DNA of 63,028 nucleotides, counting the filler, from Octopus bimaculoides (taxonomy: Eukaryota): NCBI RefSeq assembly GCF_001194135.2. It is 5 parts of 5 records of this genome, joined end to end, with 100 filler letters (N's around TTAATTAATTAA, not from the genome) between each part and the next. Parts side by side here need not be neighbours in the genome. Positions count along the whole stretch, not along the records: positions 1 to 24,187 come from NC_069000.1; 4 more parts are not named here. One strand, written 5' to 3'. The stretch's first letter is position 1, and every line of letters begins with the position of its first letter. Made by a program: the position numbers and the translations under genes. The notes under the pieces were generated by a model. The model was not told the DNA's origin. It saw only the letters and a program-made list of their open reading frames with translations, and did no database searches. This document shows positions 1 to 12,751 of the stretch, one piece after another.

Positions 1-385
1 TTTGACTGTGGCCATACTGGAGCACCGCCTTTAGTCGAGCAAATCGACCCCAGGACTTATTCTTTGTAAGCCTAGTACTTATTCTATCGCGCTCTTTTTT
101 TGCAGAACCGCTAAGTTACTGGGACGTAAACACACCAGCATCGGTTGTCAAGCGATGTTGGGGGGACAAACACTGACACACAAACATATACACACATACA
201 TATATATATATGTACATATATACGACGGGCTTCTCTCAGTTTCCGTCTACCAAATCCACTCACAAGGATTTGGTCGGCCCGAGGCCATAGTAGAAGACAT
301 TTGCCCAAGGTGCCACGCAGTGGAACTGAACCCGAAACCATGTGGTTCATTACCATGCTACTTACTCCACAGCCACTCCTACGCC
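1..385 (-). mobile_element. tRNA-derived SINE family A (CORE-like, OR1/OR2-type), near full length
   Basis: Minus strand reads a tRNA-like head with Pol III A/B-box-like motifs, then GGCACCTTGGGCAA (CORE-like), a central CA/TA microsatellite and a shared 3' body; about 20 copies or fragments in the window. Family naming is from recall. Confidence 0.85.
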
Positions 386-1203
386 TGAATATATGAATAA
401 ATATATAAATATATGAATAATATACAATAAAATAAAAGGCGCAATTAAAAAGAGAAATGTTGTTTAATGAGACGGTTGATGCTGTTTTGTTTATGCTAAG
501 GTTTAGTTTTCAGGCACAATGGTAGTCAGTTTTAAGCGGAGATCAGCTTCCACATTCATCCTATTTCTCTATTTGGATTTTATATAAAGTAGCAGCGAAG
601 AAAAATATCTTACTCACATAAACATTTAGTTTCTTTTTTTTTTTTTTTCTTTTACGTATTTCAGTTTTTAGTTGTGGCGATGCTAGAGCACCGCCTTCAA
701 GAATTTTAGTCAAATGAATCGCCCCCAGTAATATTTATTATTATTATTATTTTTTTTTTTTTTNNNNNNNNNNNNNNNNNNNNNNNNNNNNNNNNNNNNN
801 NNNNNNNNNNNNNNNNNNNNNNNNNNNNNNNNNNNNNNNNNNNNNNNNNNNNNNNNNNNNNNNNNNNNNNNNNNNNNNNNNNNNNNNNNNNNNNNNNNNN
901 NNNNNNNNNNNNNNNNNNNNNNNNNNNNNNNNNNNNNNNNNNNNNNNNNNNNNNNNNNNNNNNNNNNNNNNNNNNNNNNNNNNNNNNNNNNNNNNNNNNN
1001 NNNNNNNNNNNNNNNNNNNNNNNNNNNNNNNNNNNNNNNNNNNNNNNNNNNNNNNNNNNNNNNNNNNNNNNNNNNNNNNNNNNNNNNNNNNNNNNNNNNN
1101 NNNNNNNNNNNNNNNNNNNNNNNNNNNNNNNNNNNNNNNNNNNNNNNNNNNNNNNNNNNNNNNNNNNNNNNNNNNNNNNNNNNNNNNNNNNNNNNNNNNN
1201 NNN

Positions 1204-1261
<58 letters not shown>

Positions 1262-1266
<5 letters not shown>

Positions 1267-1461
1267 ATATCTGTGTTACCCACCATTGCTTGACAACCGA
1301 TGTTGGTTTGTTTACGTCCCCGTAACTTAGCGGTTCGGCAAAAGAGAACCGATAGAATAAGTACTAGGCTTACAAAGAAAAGAATAAGTCCTGGGGTCGA
1401 TTTGTTCGACTAAAGACAGCGCTCCAGCATGGCCGGAGTCAACACGACTGAAACCAATAAA
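1262..1461 (+). mobile_element. SINE family A, 3' half
   Basis: Reverse complement of the 1-180 body (CCATTGCTTGACAACCGATG...CAGCATGGCC...GACTGAAAC). Confidence 0.85.
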
Positions 1462-2039
1462 AGGATAAAAGGATCTATATACACACATACATATAATGTA
1501 TGTACATAGGTATGTATGTATGTATGCATGTATGTATATATGTATGTATGTAAGTTTATATGTATGTATGTATGTATAAACATCATTGATAGGATATTAG
1601 ATATAATTGACAGGACTTAATTCTGTCAGACAGCTCAAGCGATATATCTCTAGCACAAAGACACTGTGACGTCAAAGGAATTTAGCTATAACAGACTACG
1701 TGGGATGTGCTATTGTTACTGTTCATCTTTGCAACAAGGAACTATCTTTAAAAATAATCTTTCTGAATTTAGGTTTGTCTCATCGACTAAATTCTTTGAT
1801 TATTTCACGCAACCTTCAACATTTTCAAAAAAATGTATAATTTACGGATGAGGTTATTTATACAATTTTTCTTGTGAATATTTACATCCACCCCCATGCA
1901 TACGTATATATACACACGCACACGTACAAACACACACAGAGGCGCGTGTGTATGTGTCTGTGCGCATATATATGTAAATATATGCATGCTTATATGTATA
2001 TGCACACACACACACATATATACACATACAGTGGCACAA

Positions 2040-2074
<35 letters not shown>

Positions 2075-3444
2075 TTTATGTATGTATTTATATATCTAAA
2101 GATCTTTTCAAAGTTAACTAATTTTAAAAACAATCTGTCAGGAAAACGCAATATCACGAACCTATTTTTTTGGAATAAAGTTTTCGAATTGTGTGTTAGT
2201 TCTTTCGTTGTTCAATATCTCAAAAGCATGTGTTACATATATATATATATTAATATAACTTAATATATATATGTATGTGTGTGTGTTTGTGAATATATAT
2301 ATATTCACAAGCACATATATGTATATGTCTGGCCGTAAAGCCTTTTCTGTTTGTTTTCCTGTCTTGTTTTTTGTCCGCCACGACATTCCTCCATGGCTAG
2401 ATTTAATTTGCGTATACAAATTTAATCTGCGGTCCATGGGACGAGCCGTTTTAACGATGCGTCCTGCCCGAAGCTCGTCGATACGCCGGTGTTAAAACGT
2501 GGGTAGCTGATGAAGTAGAATGTTCTCTATGTGGCTCGTGTGTTTTCTCGTCTACGTTTGTTTGCAATGTCCTGTACCCAGATATGCACCTATACATACA
2601 GGTGGATGTCGGTATGCACATACCTGTACGTATATATGCATATACTCATTTACTATTTGTTTTTACATGANNNNNNNNNNNNNNNNNNNNNNNNNNNNNN
2701 NNNNNNNNNNNNNNNNNNNNNNNNNNNNNNNNNNNNNNNNNNNNNNNNNNNNNNNNNNNNNNNNNNNNNNNNNNNNNNNNNNNNNNNNNNNNNNNNNNNN
2801 NNNNNNNNNNNNNNNNNNNNNNNNNNNNNNNNNNNNNNNNNNNNNNNNNNNNNNNNNNNNNNNNNNNNNNNNNNNNNNNNNNNNNNNNNNNNNNNNNNNN
2901 NNNNNNNNNNNNNNNNNNNNNNNNNNNNNNNNNNNNNNNNNNNNNNNNNNNNNNNNNNNNNNNNNNNNNNNNNNNNNNNNNNNNNNNNNNNNNNNNNNNN
3001 NNNNNNNNNNNNNNNNNNNNNNNNNNNNNNNNNNNNNNNNNNNNNNNNNNNNNNNNNNNNNNNNNNNNNNNNNNNNNNNNNNNNNNNNNNNNNNNNNNNN
3101 NNNNNNNNNNNNNNNNNNNNNNNNNNNNNNNNNNNNNNNNNNNNNNNNNNNNNNNNNNNNNNNNNNNNNNNNNNNNNNNNNNNNNNNNNNNNNNNNNNNN
3201 NNNNNNNNNNNNNNNNNNNNNNNNNNNNNNNNNNNNNNNNNNNNNNNNNNNNNNNNNNNNNNNNNNNNNNNNNNNNNNNNNNNNNNNNNNNNNNNNNNNN
3301 NNNNNNNNNNNNNNNNNNNNNNNNNNNNNNNNNNNNNNNNNNNNNNNNNNNNNNNNNNNNNNNNNNNNNNNNNNNNNNNNNNNNNNNNNNNNNNNNNNNN
3401 NNNNNNNNNNNNNNNNNNNNNNNNNNNNNNNNNNNNNNNNNNNN

Positions 3445-3507
<63 letters not shown>

Positions 3508-4223
3508 CTATATTAGAATCTCTTTTCTTTCTTTGTAACCACACGAGCAAACCATCGTAGCCATTGCTCCAGGATGATAGATTCTATACTTTGACTGTTG
3601 GCTGTTTCTCGGGCTCATATTGTTTATTGTTTAGTTCTTGAATTTGGTTTTAAAATGACGCGGAACTTATGTTGGTGGAAACGCTTTAGCTTCTTAATGC
3701 TTCGTCAATTAAATGTCCATATTTCATCATCGGATCATAACGCTGGGATGGCGACAACTTGATAAATTATCAGTTTCGTTTCTTTGTTCTTAAAGACCCA
3801 TTTTGCTTGTGGTTTGTTGTTGTTTTTTTTTTCTTAATACTGAATAAATTGATGCAGTTTCGTGTTTCTCAGCCTTTTCAGGAGTACATCTTTTGAAAAG
3901 AATACTTCCAAGGTCGGAGAAATTGCTAACTTGTTCAGGAGATGTATCAGAGACGGCGATGTTGAATTCAAGGAGATTGTCTTCGAAGTAGGTAGGGCGA
4001 GAACGTTGATCTCGATCCTCACACCGAGGCTGAAGTGATTCACCAGTCGAAAGAACAGGTGAAGTCTTTGATTGATTTCTAGAATTTGCGAACTGTGTGA
4101 CAGAGAGTAACATTGTCATCTGTATACTGAAGCTCCGAGATGCTTTGAATGTTAGCAAGTCATTGAAAACGAAATCTTCTGTCAAACTTATCTTATGTAA
4201 ACAGCAGGATTACCAGGAGAAAA

Positions 4224-4816
4224 GGATCTATTTTAAAACGGGGGCCACATTTTTCATTAATGCTTTACGTAGTGTTTTTGGTACGGAAAGACTTTCAAAC
4301 TTCGTATACTTATCTATTTTGTGTTATAGAACAGAAAAATATTTTTGTATTCGAATTTATTTCATGTAAAAAATTGTCTTATTTCGATAATTTCAACCAA
4401 TCACTGACAAGTATTCAGTTGTTTACATTTACTCCTTTGGCTGATTAAGCGATGTAAAGCGTATTTAATCTCCATACCTTCGTTTTATTTGCTTTTTTTT
4501 ATTTTAAATTTGCTTTAACCCTAACCCTAACCCTAACCCTAACCCTAGGGTTAGGGTTAGGGTTAGGGTTAGGGTTAATTGTTTCAGAATCGTTTGTTTA
4601 TGTAGTCGGCACTTAATGTATATCGGCTGAATGGACGTCAGTGATTGGTTGAAATTACAGAAATACGACAACTTTAACATGGAATAATTTATGGATTTCT
4701 TTTTTTTAAAAGAAGACTAAGAGAAAAAGATGTTTTATATGACACATTCTACCAGTGTTCCAAGTTTCAAAGTGTTTCGTTAATGAAAAATGTGGCCCCC
4801 GTTTTAAAAAAGATCC
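4224..4816. mobile_element. Non-autonomous DNA transposon (MITE), 37-bp TIRs, 8-bp TSD, internal telomere-repeat palindrome; possibly Merlin
   Basis: TIR GGATCTWTTTTAAAACGGGGGCCACATTTTTCATTAA at both ends; flanks GGAGAAAA/AGAGAAAA (7/8); inverted full-length sister copy at 59789-60386. Confidence 0.92.
4515..4578. repeat. Perfect 64-bp palindrome T(TAACCC)5-TA-(GGGTTA)5A
   Basis: Read directly from the sequence. Confidence 0.97.
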
Positions 4817-5179
4817 AGAGAAAATTCAAAAACTGTTGTTACAGGCAAGTATAAGAGCACAGTAGTAAGAACATAACCATGCCTTAAACCACAGGTAATC
4901 GGGAATTGTTCAGAAAGTTTGTTTTTTCCTTTATGTGTGCGTGATGGCGTACCTTTATATGTATGTGCGTGTATGTGGTGAGTATATAAAAATTTGTTAC
5001 TGACGTGCTCATAGAACCAATTTAATCTGTGAGATTTTGAGATTTGTTGAAGTGCGTGTTGAGATAGAAAGAAATAAAAGAGTGATTTATTGGTAAGAAA
5101 AGAAACTGAAAAAAAGAAAAACGAGTCAGAACGAAAGGAATTTTTTAAAAAGTTAGACGTGATAATGGGGAAGGTTGAG

Positions 5180-5281
5180 TGAAAGGGAATTATACACACA
5201 ACGTACGTGCGCGCAAGCAAGGAAGCACACGCAAAAGCACAAACACACACAAGCACGTATATATGAAGGTGTGTGTGGGAG

Positions 5282-5333
<52 letters not shown>

Positions 5334-5600
5334 GAAGGTTGGCAGAGAGTAGAATGAAGAACACGAGAAAACACAAAAACAAAGAAGAAAGGAATAAAGA
5401 AGGACGAAGTACAACAAAGTAAAAGAAGTCTGAAGACGAAAAGAAGGAAGGAAGGAAGGAAGGAAGGGGAAGAAGAAAGAAAGGAAGGAAGGAAATACAG
5501 AAAGAGGGAAGGAGGGAGAAGGGAGGGAAGGGATAGAAAAATAAAAAAAACAAGAAAGAAAAGGCAACAATTCAGAAAGTAAAGATGGAAGAGAAAAATC
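5180..5600 (+). repeat. Purine-rich tract with (GA)n and GGAA repeats
   Basis: (GA)n at about 5286-5328 followed by GAAG/GGAA-rich low-complexity sequence. Confidence 0.85.
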
Positions 5601-5610
5601 CATCAAAGTA

Positions 5611-5750
5611 TACTACTACTACTACTACTACTATCAACACCACCACGTCACTACTACTACCACCACCACCACCACCACTACTACTACTACCACCACCACT
5701 ACTACCACTACTACTACTACCACTACCACTACTACTACCCCTACCACCAT

Positions 5751-5788
<38 letters not shown>

Positions 5789-5864
5789 TTACCACCGCTA
5801 CTACTACTACTACTAGCACTACTACCACTACTACTACTACCCCCATTACTACCACCACTGCTAC
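5611..5864 (+). repeat. Compound (ACT)n/(ACC)n microsatellite
   Basis: Read directly; runs into an N gap. Confidence 0.95.
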
Positions 5865-6769
5865 NNNNNNNNNNNNNNNNNNNNNNNNNNNNNNNNNNNN
5901 NNNNNNNNNNNNNNNNNNNNNNNNNNNNNNNNNNNNNNNNNNNNNNNNNNNNNNNNNNNNNNNNNNNNNNNNNNNNNNNNNNNNNNNNNNNNNNNNNNNN
6001 NNNNNNNNNNNNNNNNNNNNNNNNNNNNNNNNNNNNNNNNNNNNNNNNNNNNNNNNNNNNNNNNNNNNNNNNNNNNNNNNNNNNNNNNNNNNNNNNNNNN
6101 NNNNNNNNNNNNNNNNNNNNNNNNNNNNNNNNNNNNNNNNNNNNNNNNNNNNNNNNNNNNNNNNNNNNNNNNNNNNNNNNNNNNNNNNNNNNNNNNNNNN
6201 NNNNNNNNNNNNNNNNNNNNNNNNNNNNNNNNNNNNNNNNNNNNNNNNNNNNNNNNNNNNNNNNNNNNNNNNNNNNNNNNNNNNNNNNNNNNNNNNNNNN
6301 NNNNNNNNNNNNNNNNNNNNNNNNNNNNNNNNNNNNNNNNNNNNNNNNNNNNNNNNNNNNNNNNNNNNNNNNNNNNNNNNNNNNNNNNNNNNNNNNNNNN
6401 NNNNNNNNNNNNNNNNNNNNNNNNNNNNNNNNNNNNNNNNNNNNNNNNNNNNNNNNNNNNNNNNNNNNNNNNNNNNNNNNNNNNNNNNNNNNNNNNNNNN
6501 NNNNNNNNNNNNNNNNNNNNNNNNNNNNNNNNNNNNNNNNNNNNNNNNNNNNNNNNNNNNNNNNNNNNNNNNNNNNNNNNNNNNNNNNNNNNNNNNNNNN
6601 NNNNNNNNNNNNNNNNNNNNNNNNNNNNNNNNNNNNNNNNNNNNNNNNNNNNNNNNNNNNNNNNNNNNNNNNNNNNNNNNNNNNNNNNNNNNNNNNNNNN
6701 NNNNNNNNNNNNNNNNNNNNNNNNNNNNNNNNNNNNNNNNNNNNNNNNNNNNNNNNNNNCTAGTGTAGG

Positions 6770-6977
6770 AAAGAACCAATAGCACGCCGGGCACAAATAA
6801 TTTACGCATTCCGTCCGTTTTCTCGTTCTGAGTTCAAATTCCGCCGAGGTCGACTTTGCCTTTCATCCTTTCGGAGGTCGACAAATTAAGTACCAGTAGC
6901 GTACTGGGTTCGATTTAATCGACTGGCCTCCTCCCGCCAAAAACTTTCGGGCCTTGTGCCTAGAATAGCAAAGAATA
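6770..6977 (+). mobile_element. SINE family B
   Basis: TTAGCACGCCGGGC head, GAGTTCAAATTCCGCCGAGGTCGACTTTGCCTTTCATCCTTTCGG core and AGTACCAG; about 15 copies in the window. Confidence 0.85.
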
Positions 6978-7541
6978 AGTTAAGGTGGCGAGCTGGCAGA
7001 ATCTTAGCACGCCGGGCAAAAATACTTTGAGAAATGTTATTTTATTTTATGATATCTACTAACCGTCCCACTTCTGAATTAATCCTTTACTCAGAAAGAT
7101 ATTTTTATAATTTAAAATAGCTCATGTTGTTGAACTGAATTGTCAATAACAGCGTATTACATGACGTGTTAAAATACATGTGTTTGGTCAGAATAAAGTC
7201 AAGAGGAATTACAATGGCTATTTTTGGTATTTTTTGCTTTCTATCCTCGAAATAGCCACCACATTTTATAAATGCATGAAATCAATACTAGCTTCAGCAT
7301 ATTTTACTGATAATCTGTGTTCAAGTTTCAGGTTGTTTTATAAGTTATATGAGATTTGTAAGTAGTGTAAAGATAAAAGAGTCACGTTACCATCGATTTT
7401 CCACCAGGTAGTCCAAATTTCATCTTTATATCTTTTACTTGTTTCGCTCATTGAACTGTGGCCATGCTGGGGTACAGCACTGAAGGGCTTAGTCGAACAA
7501 ATAGACTTCAATACTTACTTTTATTATTATTATTATTATTA

Positions 7542-7572
<31 letters not shown>

Positions 7573-7984
7573 GAAGGCAGTGAGCATGCCGGTCGAAATG
7601 CTTAGCGGCATTTCGTCTGTCTTTACACTCTGAGTTCAAATTCCACCGAGGTTTATCAAATAAGTACCAGCTCATTCTTGCCGAGTGTCTTTCCGACACC
7701 TTAGGCAAAGAAACTCACTGTTTGCATTGGTTGGCCATTAATATAAGCATACCTGGTTGTTCATTTACAAAGTCAAGTTATGTGATAGACAAAGAGGGGA
7801 AAAGAAAGAAAAAGGTAAAAAAGAAAAAATAGAAAACAAAGAAAACAGAAAATATTGTTATTGTTGTTATTGTTGTTGTTTTGTGCAAAGTATAACGGAA
7901 ATTCAGCTTGTTAGTTTTGATTCAGTTGACCCAGTATATATTTCAGGTTTATCTCTGTTGTTTGTTTCTAATTTTGAGCTTGTA

Positions 7985-8950
7985 TACTATCGTCTTTTCA
8001 GTTAGTGAGAACTTGTCTCGCGCAAGAGTCATTTAAATTTCAACAAAGTCGCTGTGCATTTATTTGTCATCAGGGCTGACAAATAAGTGTTTGTGCTTAT
8101 AGAATCAATTTTTCAGTGTTAGTTTAGTTGCTCCAATATATATATATATATATTGTCCATTTCTGCTGTTTGTTTCGATTTTAGCGTTATTGACTTTGAT
8201 AGACAGTTACCATCTAGTGGGCAGTTCTCACGAATCCTAACATTGCATGGTTTTATGTGGTCAACTGTTCACCTCTCCTTGTTATTCAACTTTGCAGCAT
8301 TATAACTTCTTATATAACCGAGTTTTTTTTTAAATTTCAAACTGAATAGTTAATCTTAACACAGCTCTTACTTAATATCTTAGTATATATACTTTTGCCT
8401 TGGTGGGAAATGCTGATCTATTAATCTTAGAGATTCCCTGGATATTTTTGTTGTTACTGCTAGGTTAAATGCTTCTTTCCAAGTAATTTTTACGTATTTA
8501 ATCTTATCGGAGAACTCACAGTTTCTTGGCTCTTCATTATAATTTCTAGTTGCTTCCAGAAAAAATTTACATCGGAAAATATTGAGGCTACCCGTTTACT
8601 AACGTAGTCAACTACTTTCCTTAAGACATTACGTGGGTGATTCGGGTGTCTATGTATGTACACTAATTTCTCGTTTGGTTTGTAGTATAGTCTGAAACTA
8701 TCATTTTTTAGTCTCCATGTTGTAATCTAGCAAATTAATGGCTACAAGAATAGCATCTATGATAATATTAGGTCCTATTTCCTGAATTACCTTAATCAGA
8801 TTTTAATCGAACCAGTGACATCGATAAGTTTAAAGTCCGAATTGAATTGTACTAAGATTAACAAAGAGACATCAATGGAACACAAATTATTTTCTTCTAT
8901 GTGGCAGATAATAAGTAGACAAGAGAGAACAGAAGGCTACAGGATGAATA
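7985..8950 (-). mobile_element. Penelope-like element fossil (RT C-terminus, linker, GIY-YIG start)
   Basis: Minus strand: FRLYYKPNEKLVYIHRHPNHP...KRVASIFSD; ISRESLRLIDQHFPP...VKINYS; CPLDGNCLSKS; YIGATK, with stops and frameshifts. Confidence 0.85.
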
Positions 8951-9175
8951 ATAGAAGAGATGAAGGAATAATAATACTCAAACTTTAACCGACAAGACTG
9001 GAACATTCAACAAAGATTTAACGTTATCGTTACCGGAGAAATCATTTTCACATTAGTAAAGTTCTAAAGTTTTGCCTCGTTAAAATCAAAACAGCATTTT
9101 GTGTATAAATCCAGCCAACATCTAATGTGGAACAGAATTATCTAATTGTGTAATTAGTCATCGTACCTTCCAAGT

Positions 9176-9561
9176 GTGTTGGCACTCCGTCGCTTACGAC
9201 GTCGAGGGTTCCAGTTGATCCGATCAACGGAACAGCCTGCTCGTGAAATTAACGAGCAAGCGGCTGAGCTCTCCACAGACACGTGTACCCTTAACGTAGT
9301 TCTCGGGGATATTCAGCGTGACACAGAGTGTGACAAGGCTGAGCCTTTGAATTACAAGCACAACAGACACAGGAAGTAAGAGTAAGAGAAAGTTGTGGTG
9401 AAAGAGTACAGCAGGGTTCACCACCATCCCCTGCTGGAGCCTCGTGGAGCTTTTAGGTGTTTTCGCTCAATAAACACTCACAACACCCGGTCTGGGAATC
9501 GAAACCGCGATCCTATGACCACGAGTCCGTTGCCCTAACCACTGGGCCATTGCGTCTCCAC
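9176..9561 (-). mobile_element. tRNA-derived SINE family C with 12-bp TSD
   Basis: tRNA-like head GTGGAGACGCAATGGCCCAGTGGTTAGGGC on the minus strand; TSD TACCTTCCAAGT at 9164-9175 and 9562-9573. Confidence 0.92.
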
Positions 9562-10810
9562 TACCTTCCAAGTATATTCATGGATATTTCGTACATTTAG
9601 TTTCTGTGATTCAGACTGACAGTTTTTTTCAACCGTAACGATGCGGCTATACCTTTTCCCTTCCTCTACCCCTTTTATTATTTTGGCGAGAGATTTATTT
9701 CCCCCTTTTTATTGTTCTTGTTTTTACTTTTTGCGGGAGTGGAGTTCATGTAAAGCCTGAAATATTTGTTAGGCTTCGTAGATTGACAGACAAATTAGCT
9801 TAAAGCATTTAGATACGACACCATGATAAGTTGAAGGTTAACTTTTTCATGAAACAGCTTGATTTTATACGAGTGTGATCGATAGTACAGAAATGACGTA
9901 GGCAAGACATTGATGTCCATCTAACCAAAGGTAATTACAGACAGATAAGAATAATTTTTTTAATTACAAGCGTTAGAAGCTATAAAACTGACAAGGCTTT
10001 CGTTAGCTAGCAATATTGAATTCAACATTTCTTGTGAGACATATTCTATAGCTTAGTCTATTTTTAGTTTAACTCCACTGTAATCCACATATTCATACAC
10101 TACTGCATGTCAGCTGATGTAGTTTCTGAATGTCTAATAAGAATGTGTATAGTCTTTTCGTTTGTCTTTTATTTATTTTTTTAATTTTAGGAAATGAAAC
10201 AAGATATCAAAGCAATTATAACACGACCAATACTTCACGCGAGAAGCACGCATAGCATGAGATCGTAGACTGAGATTACTAAGAAATAACGTGACATTCA
10301 TGTGATCTTCATCAGCCTATCATTTGTTGCCGTTACAATGACAGAAGTAATGGCTTTTCTTTAGACAAGAATATACTGAGAAATCTCGATTAATCAAACA
10401 ACACACATGTTGCAATGGTGTCTGGTTTTCTTTGTGCGTAAGATAATTTTCATTGTAGTCAGGACGAAGATGAAAACACATGTACACTAACATACACATA
10501 TATACACTAACGTATACACACATATATATATATATATATATACAGTGTGTGTAGCTACATACTCAAAGGAACAAGCTTCTCATAAGAGAATTTACAGTTG
10601 TATGCATTCGCCTATAAATGCAAACATGAATATTCCAGCAGCGTTTATGCTGCACACATACTTGCAATATATAAGATTGTTAGGGGTAAAAGATACATGG
10701 AAACAATTAAACAAACGAATAAAATTCTGGTGTATGTATGTGTGTGTGTGCATGAATATGAATGTATCAATATGTGTGTGAGTATGTATGTATCCATGTA
10801 TGTATATATA

Positions 10811-10883
10811 TATGGGAGAATATACAAAAAATAACAACAGACGAGGACAGGTGGTGTAAATAACAAAAGTATATATTAGTATG
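10811..10883 (-). repeat. Fragment of the hammerhead-like repeat family
   Basis: 73-bp exact reverse complement of 18366-18438. Confidence 0.9.
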
Positions 10884-10939
<56 letters not shown>

Positions 10940-11296
10940 CATATATATGTTTATAATATGTATGCACATATATATGTATGTATATACATATATATATACA
11001 TATATATATGCATATATATATATATATATATATATNNNNNNNNNNNNNNNNNNNNNNNNNNNNNNNNNNNNNNNNNNNNNNNNNNNNNNNNNNNNNNNNN
11101 NNNNNNNNNNNNNNNNNNNNNNNNNNNNNNNNNNNNNNNNNNNNNNNNNNNNNNNNNNNNNNNNNNNNNNNNNNNNNNNNNNNNNNNNNNNNNNNNNNNN
11201 NNNNNNNNNNNNNNNNNNNNNNNNNNNNNNNNNNNNNNNNNNNNNNNNNNNNNNNNNNNNNNNNTGAGTACATGTGTGTCTTTGTGTGCGTATTAG

Positions 11297-11343
<47 letters not shown>

Positions 11344-12236
11344 CAGATAGAGAGAGAAAGAGAGAGAGAGAGAGAGAAATCCAGTTTGATTATGCATATG
11401 TGTGTGCATGAGTGTGTTGTGGGTATATGCGCATGTGTGTGCCTTAGGGCGAGTGTGTATGTGTGCGTGCATGTACAAATATATACATACACAGTTGTAA
11501 GGCTACGTTTCAGATAGATAGGTAGAGTGAAAGATAGAATACAGGTGGGCAAATAGCAAATGTACAAGGAAGACATGACGGGGAAGGTTAGCATTTAGCT
11601 GAACAGCGGCAAGCGGGAAGCTCGATAGATGGAACTCAGATAAGAATGCATATTACGAAATGTATACATACATGTGTGTGTATATACACGTGCGTGCGAT
11701 AAGTATGTATATATGCATGTATGTATACTATCTTTGTATACTATGTATGTATGTGTGTGTGTATGTATGTATGGCATGTATGGTATGTACGTATACGAAG
11801 GCGCAAAGAATGTGAAACTGAAAGCTAACATTCATACATGTGTGCCAACATATGTGGATACAAGTGTATGTTGTGAGTGTGTGTGCATGTACATGTGTGT
11901 GCATGTACATGTGTGTGTGTGTGTATTTAACTACATACGCTGTTACATAAAATCGGCATAACGAGCTATAAGTATCCCACACAATCTAGCAGCAAAGCGA
12001 GTCAGATATTTAAACACTCGTGTTTCATGTTTAAAGACATCTCTCCATAGTTGATAGCTCTCGTAGAAATTAAGCTAGGGGAAAAGATAAGACCAGGAGT
12101 GTTGTGAAATTCATGCTTTTCCAAAGCGTATCATCTGACAGGTTCTGCTTCCTACCACTGCAGCAGTTGCTCTAATAAACTGATTGCGCTTGACTGCGTA
12201 CAGACAGAATGACCATATATATATAACCATATATAT

Positions 12237-12621
12237 GTTGTTGGCACGCCGTCGCTTACGACGTCGAGGGTTCCAGTTGATCCGATCAACGAAACAGCCT
12301 GCTCGTGAAATTAACGTGCAAGTGGTTGAGCACTCCACAGACATGTGTACCCTTAACGTAGTTCTCGGGGAGATTCAGCGTGACACAATGTGACAAGGCT
12401 GGCCCTTTGAATTACAGGCACAACAGAAACAGGAAGAAAGAGCGAGAGAAAGTTGTGGTGGAAGAGTACAGCAGGGTTCGCCACCAACCCCTGCCGGAGC
12501 CTCGTGGAGCTTTTAGGTGTTTTCGCTCAATAAACACTCACAACGCCCAGTCTGGGAATCGAAATCGCGATCCTATGACCGCGAGTCCGCTTCCCTAACC
12601 ACTGGGCCGTTGCGCCTCCAC
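12237..12621 (-). mobile_element. SINE family C
   Basis: High identity to 9176-9561; flanked by ACCATATATAT on both sides. Confidence 0.92.
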
Positions 12622-12751
12622 GACCATATATATATATATGACCATATATATGACCATATATATATGACCATATATATATGACCATATATATATGACCATA
12701 TATATATGACCATATATATATGACCATGTATATATGACCATATATATATAT
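12622..12751 (+). repeat. Minisatellite GACC(AT)n, 9 units
   Basis: GACC recurs at 12622, 12640, 12652, 12666, 12680, 12694, 12708, 12722 and 12736. Confidence 0.95.

Larger units (their letters stand above)
3530..4930 (-). mobile_element. Decayed RTE/BovB-type LINE ORF2 (RT and C-terminus), interrupted by a MITE
   Basis: Frameshifted minus-strand translation gives LSEQFPITCGLRHGYVL (QG motif region), ELQYTDD (YADD), EQVSNFSDLGSIL, TKLIIYQVVAIPAL, IKKLKRFHQH and QSIESIILEQWLRWF, in RTE ORF2 order. Confidence 0.8.

Noticed and set aside
2500-2560. CTGATGA as a hammerhead core
   Set aside because: No correctly placed GAAA and no helix I or II pairing.
3790-4185. 131-aa minus ORF as a host exon
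   Set aside because: Explained as frameshifted RTE LINE ORF2.
4515-4578. True telomere or chromosome-fusion scar
   Set aside because: It lies inside a TIR/TSD-bounded element present twice.
12622-12751. CRISPR-like array
   Set aside because: No unique spacers; simple minisatellite in a eukaryotic genome.
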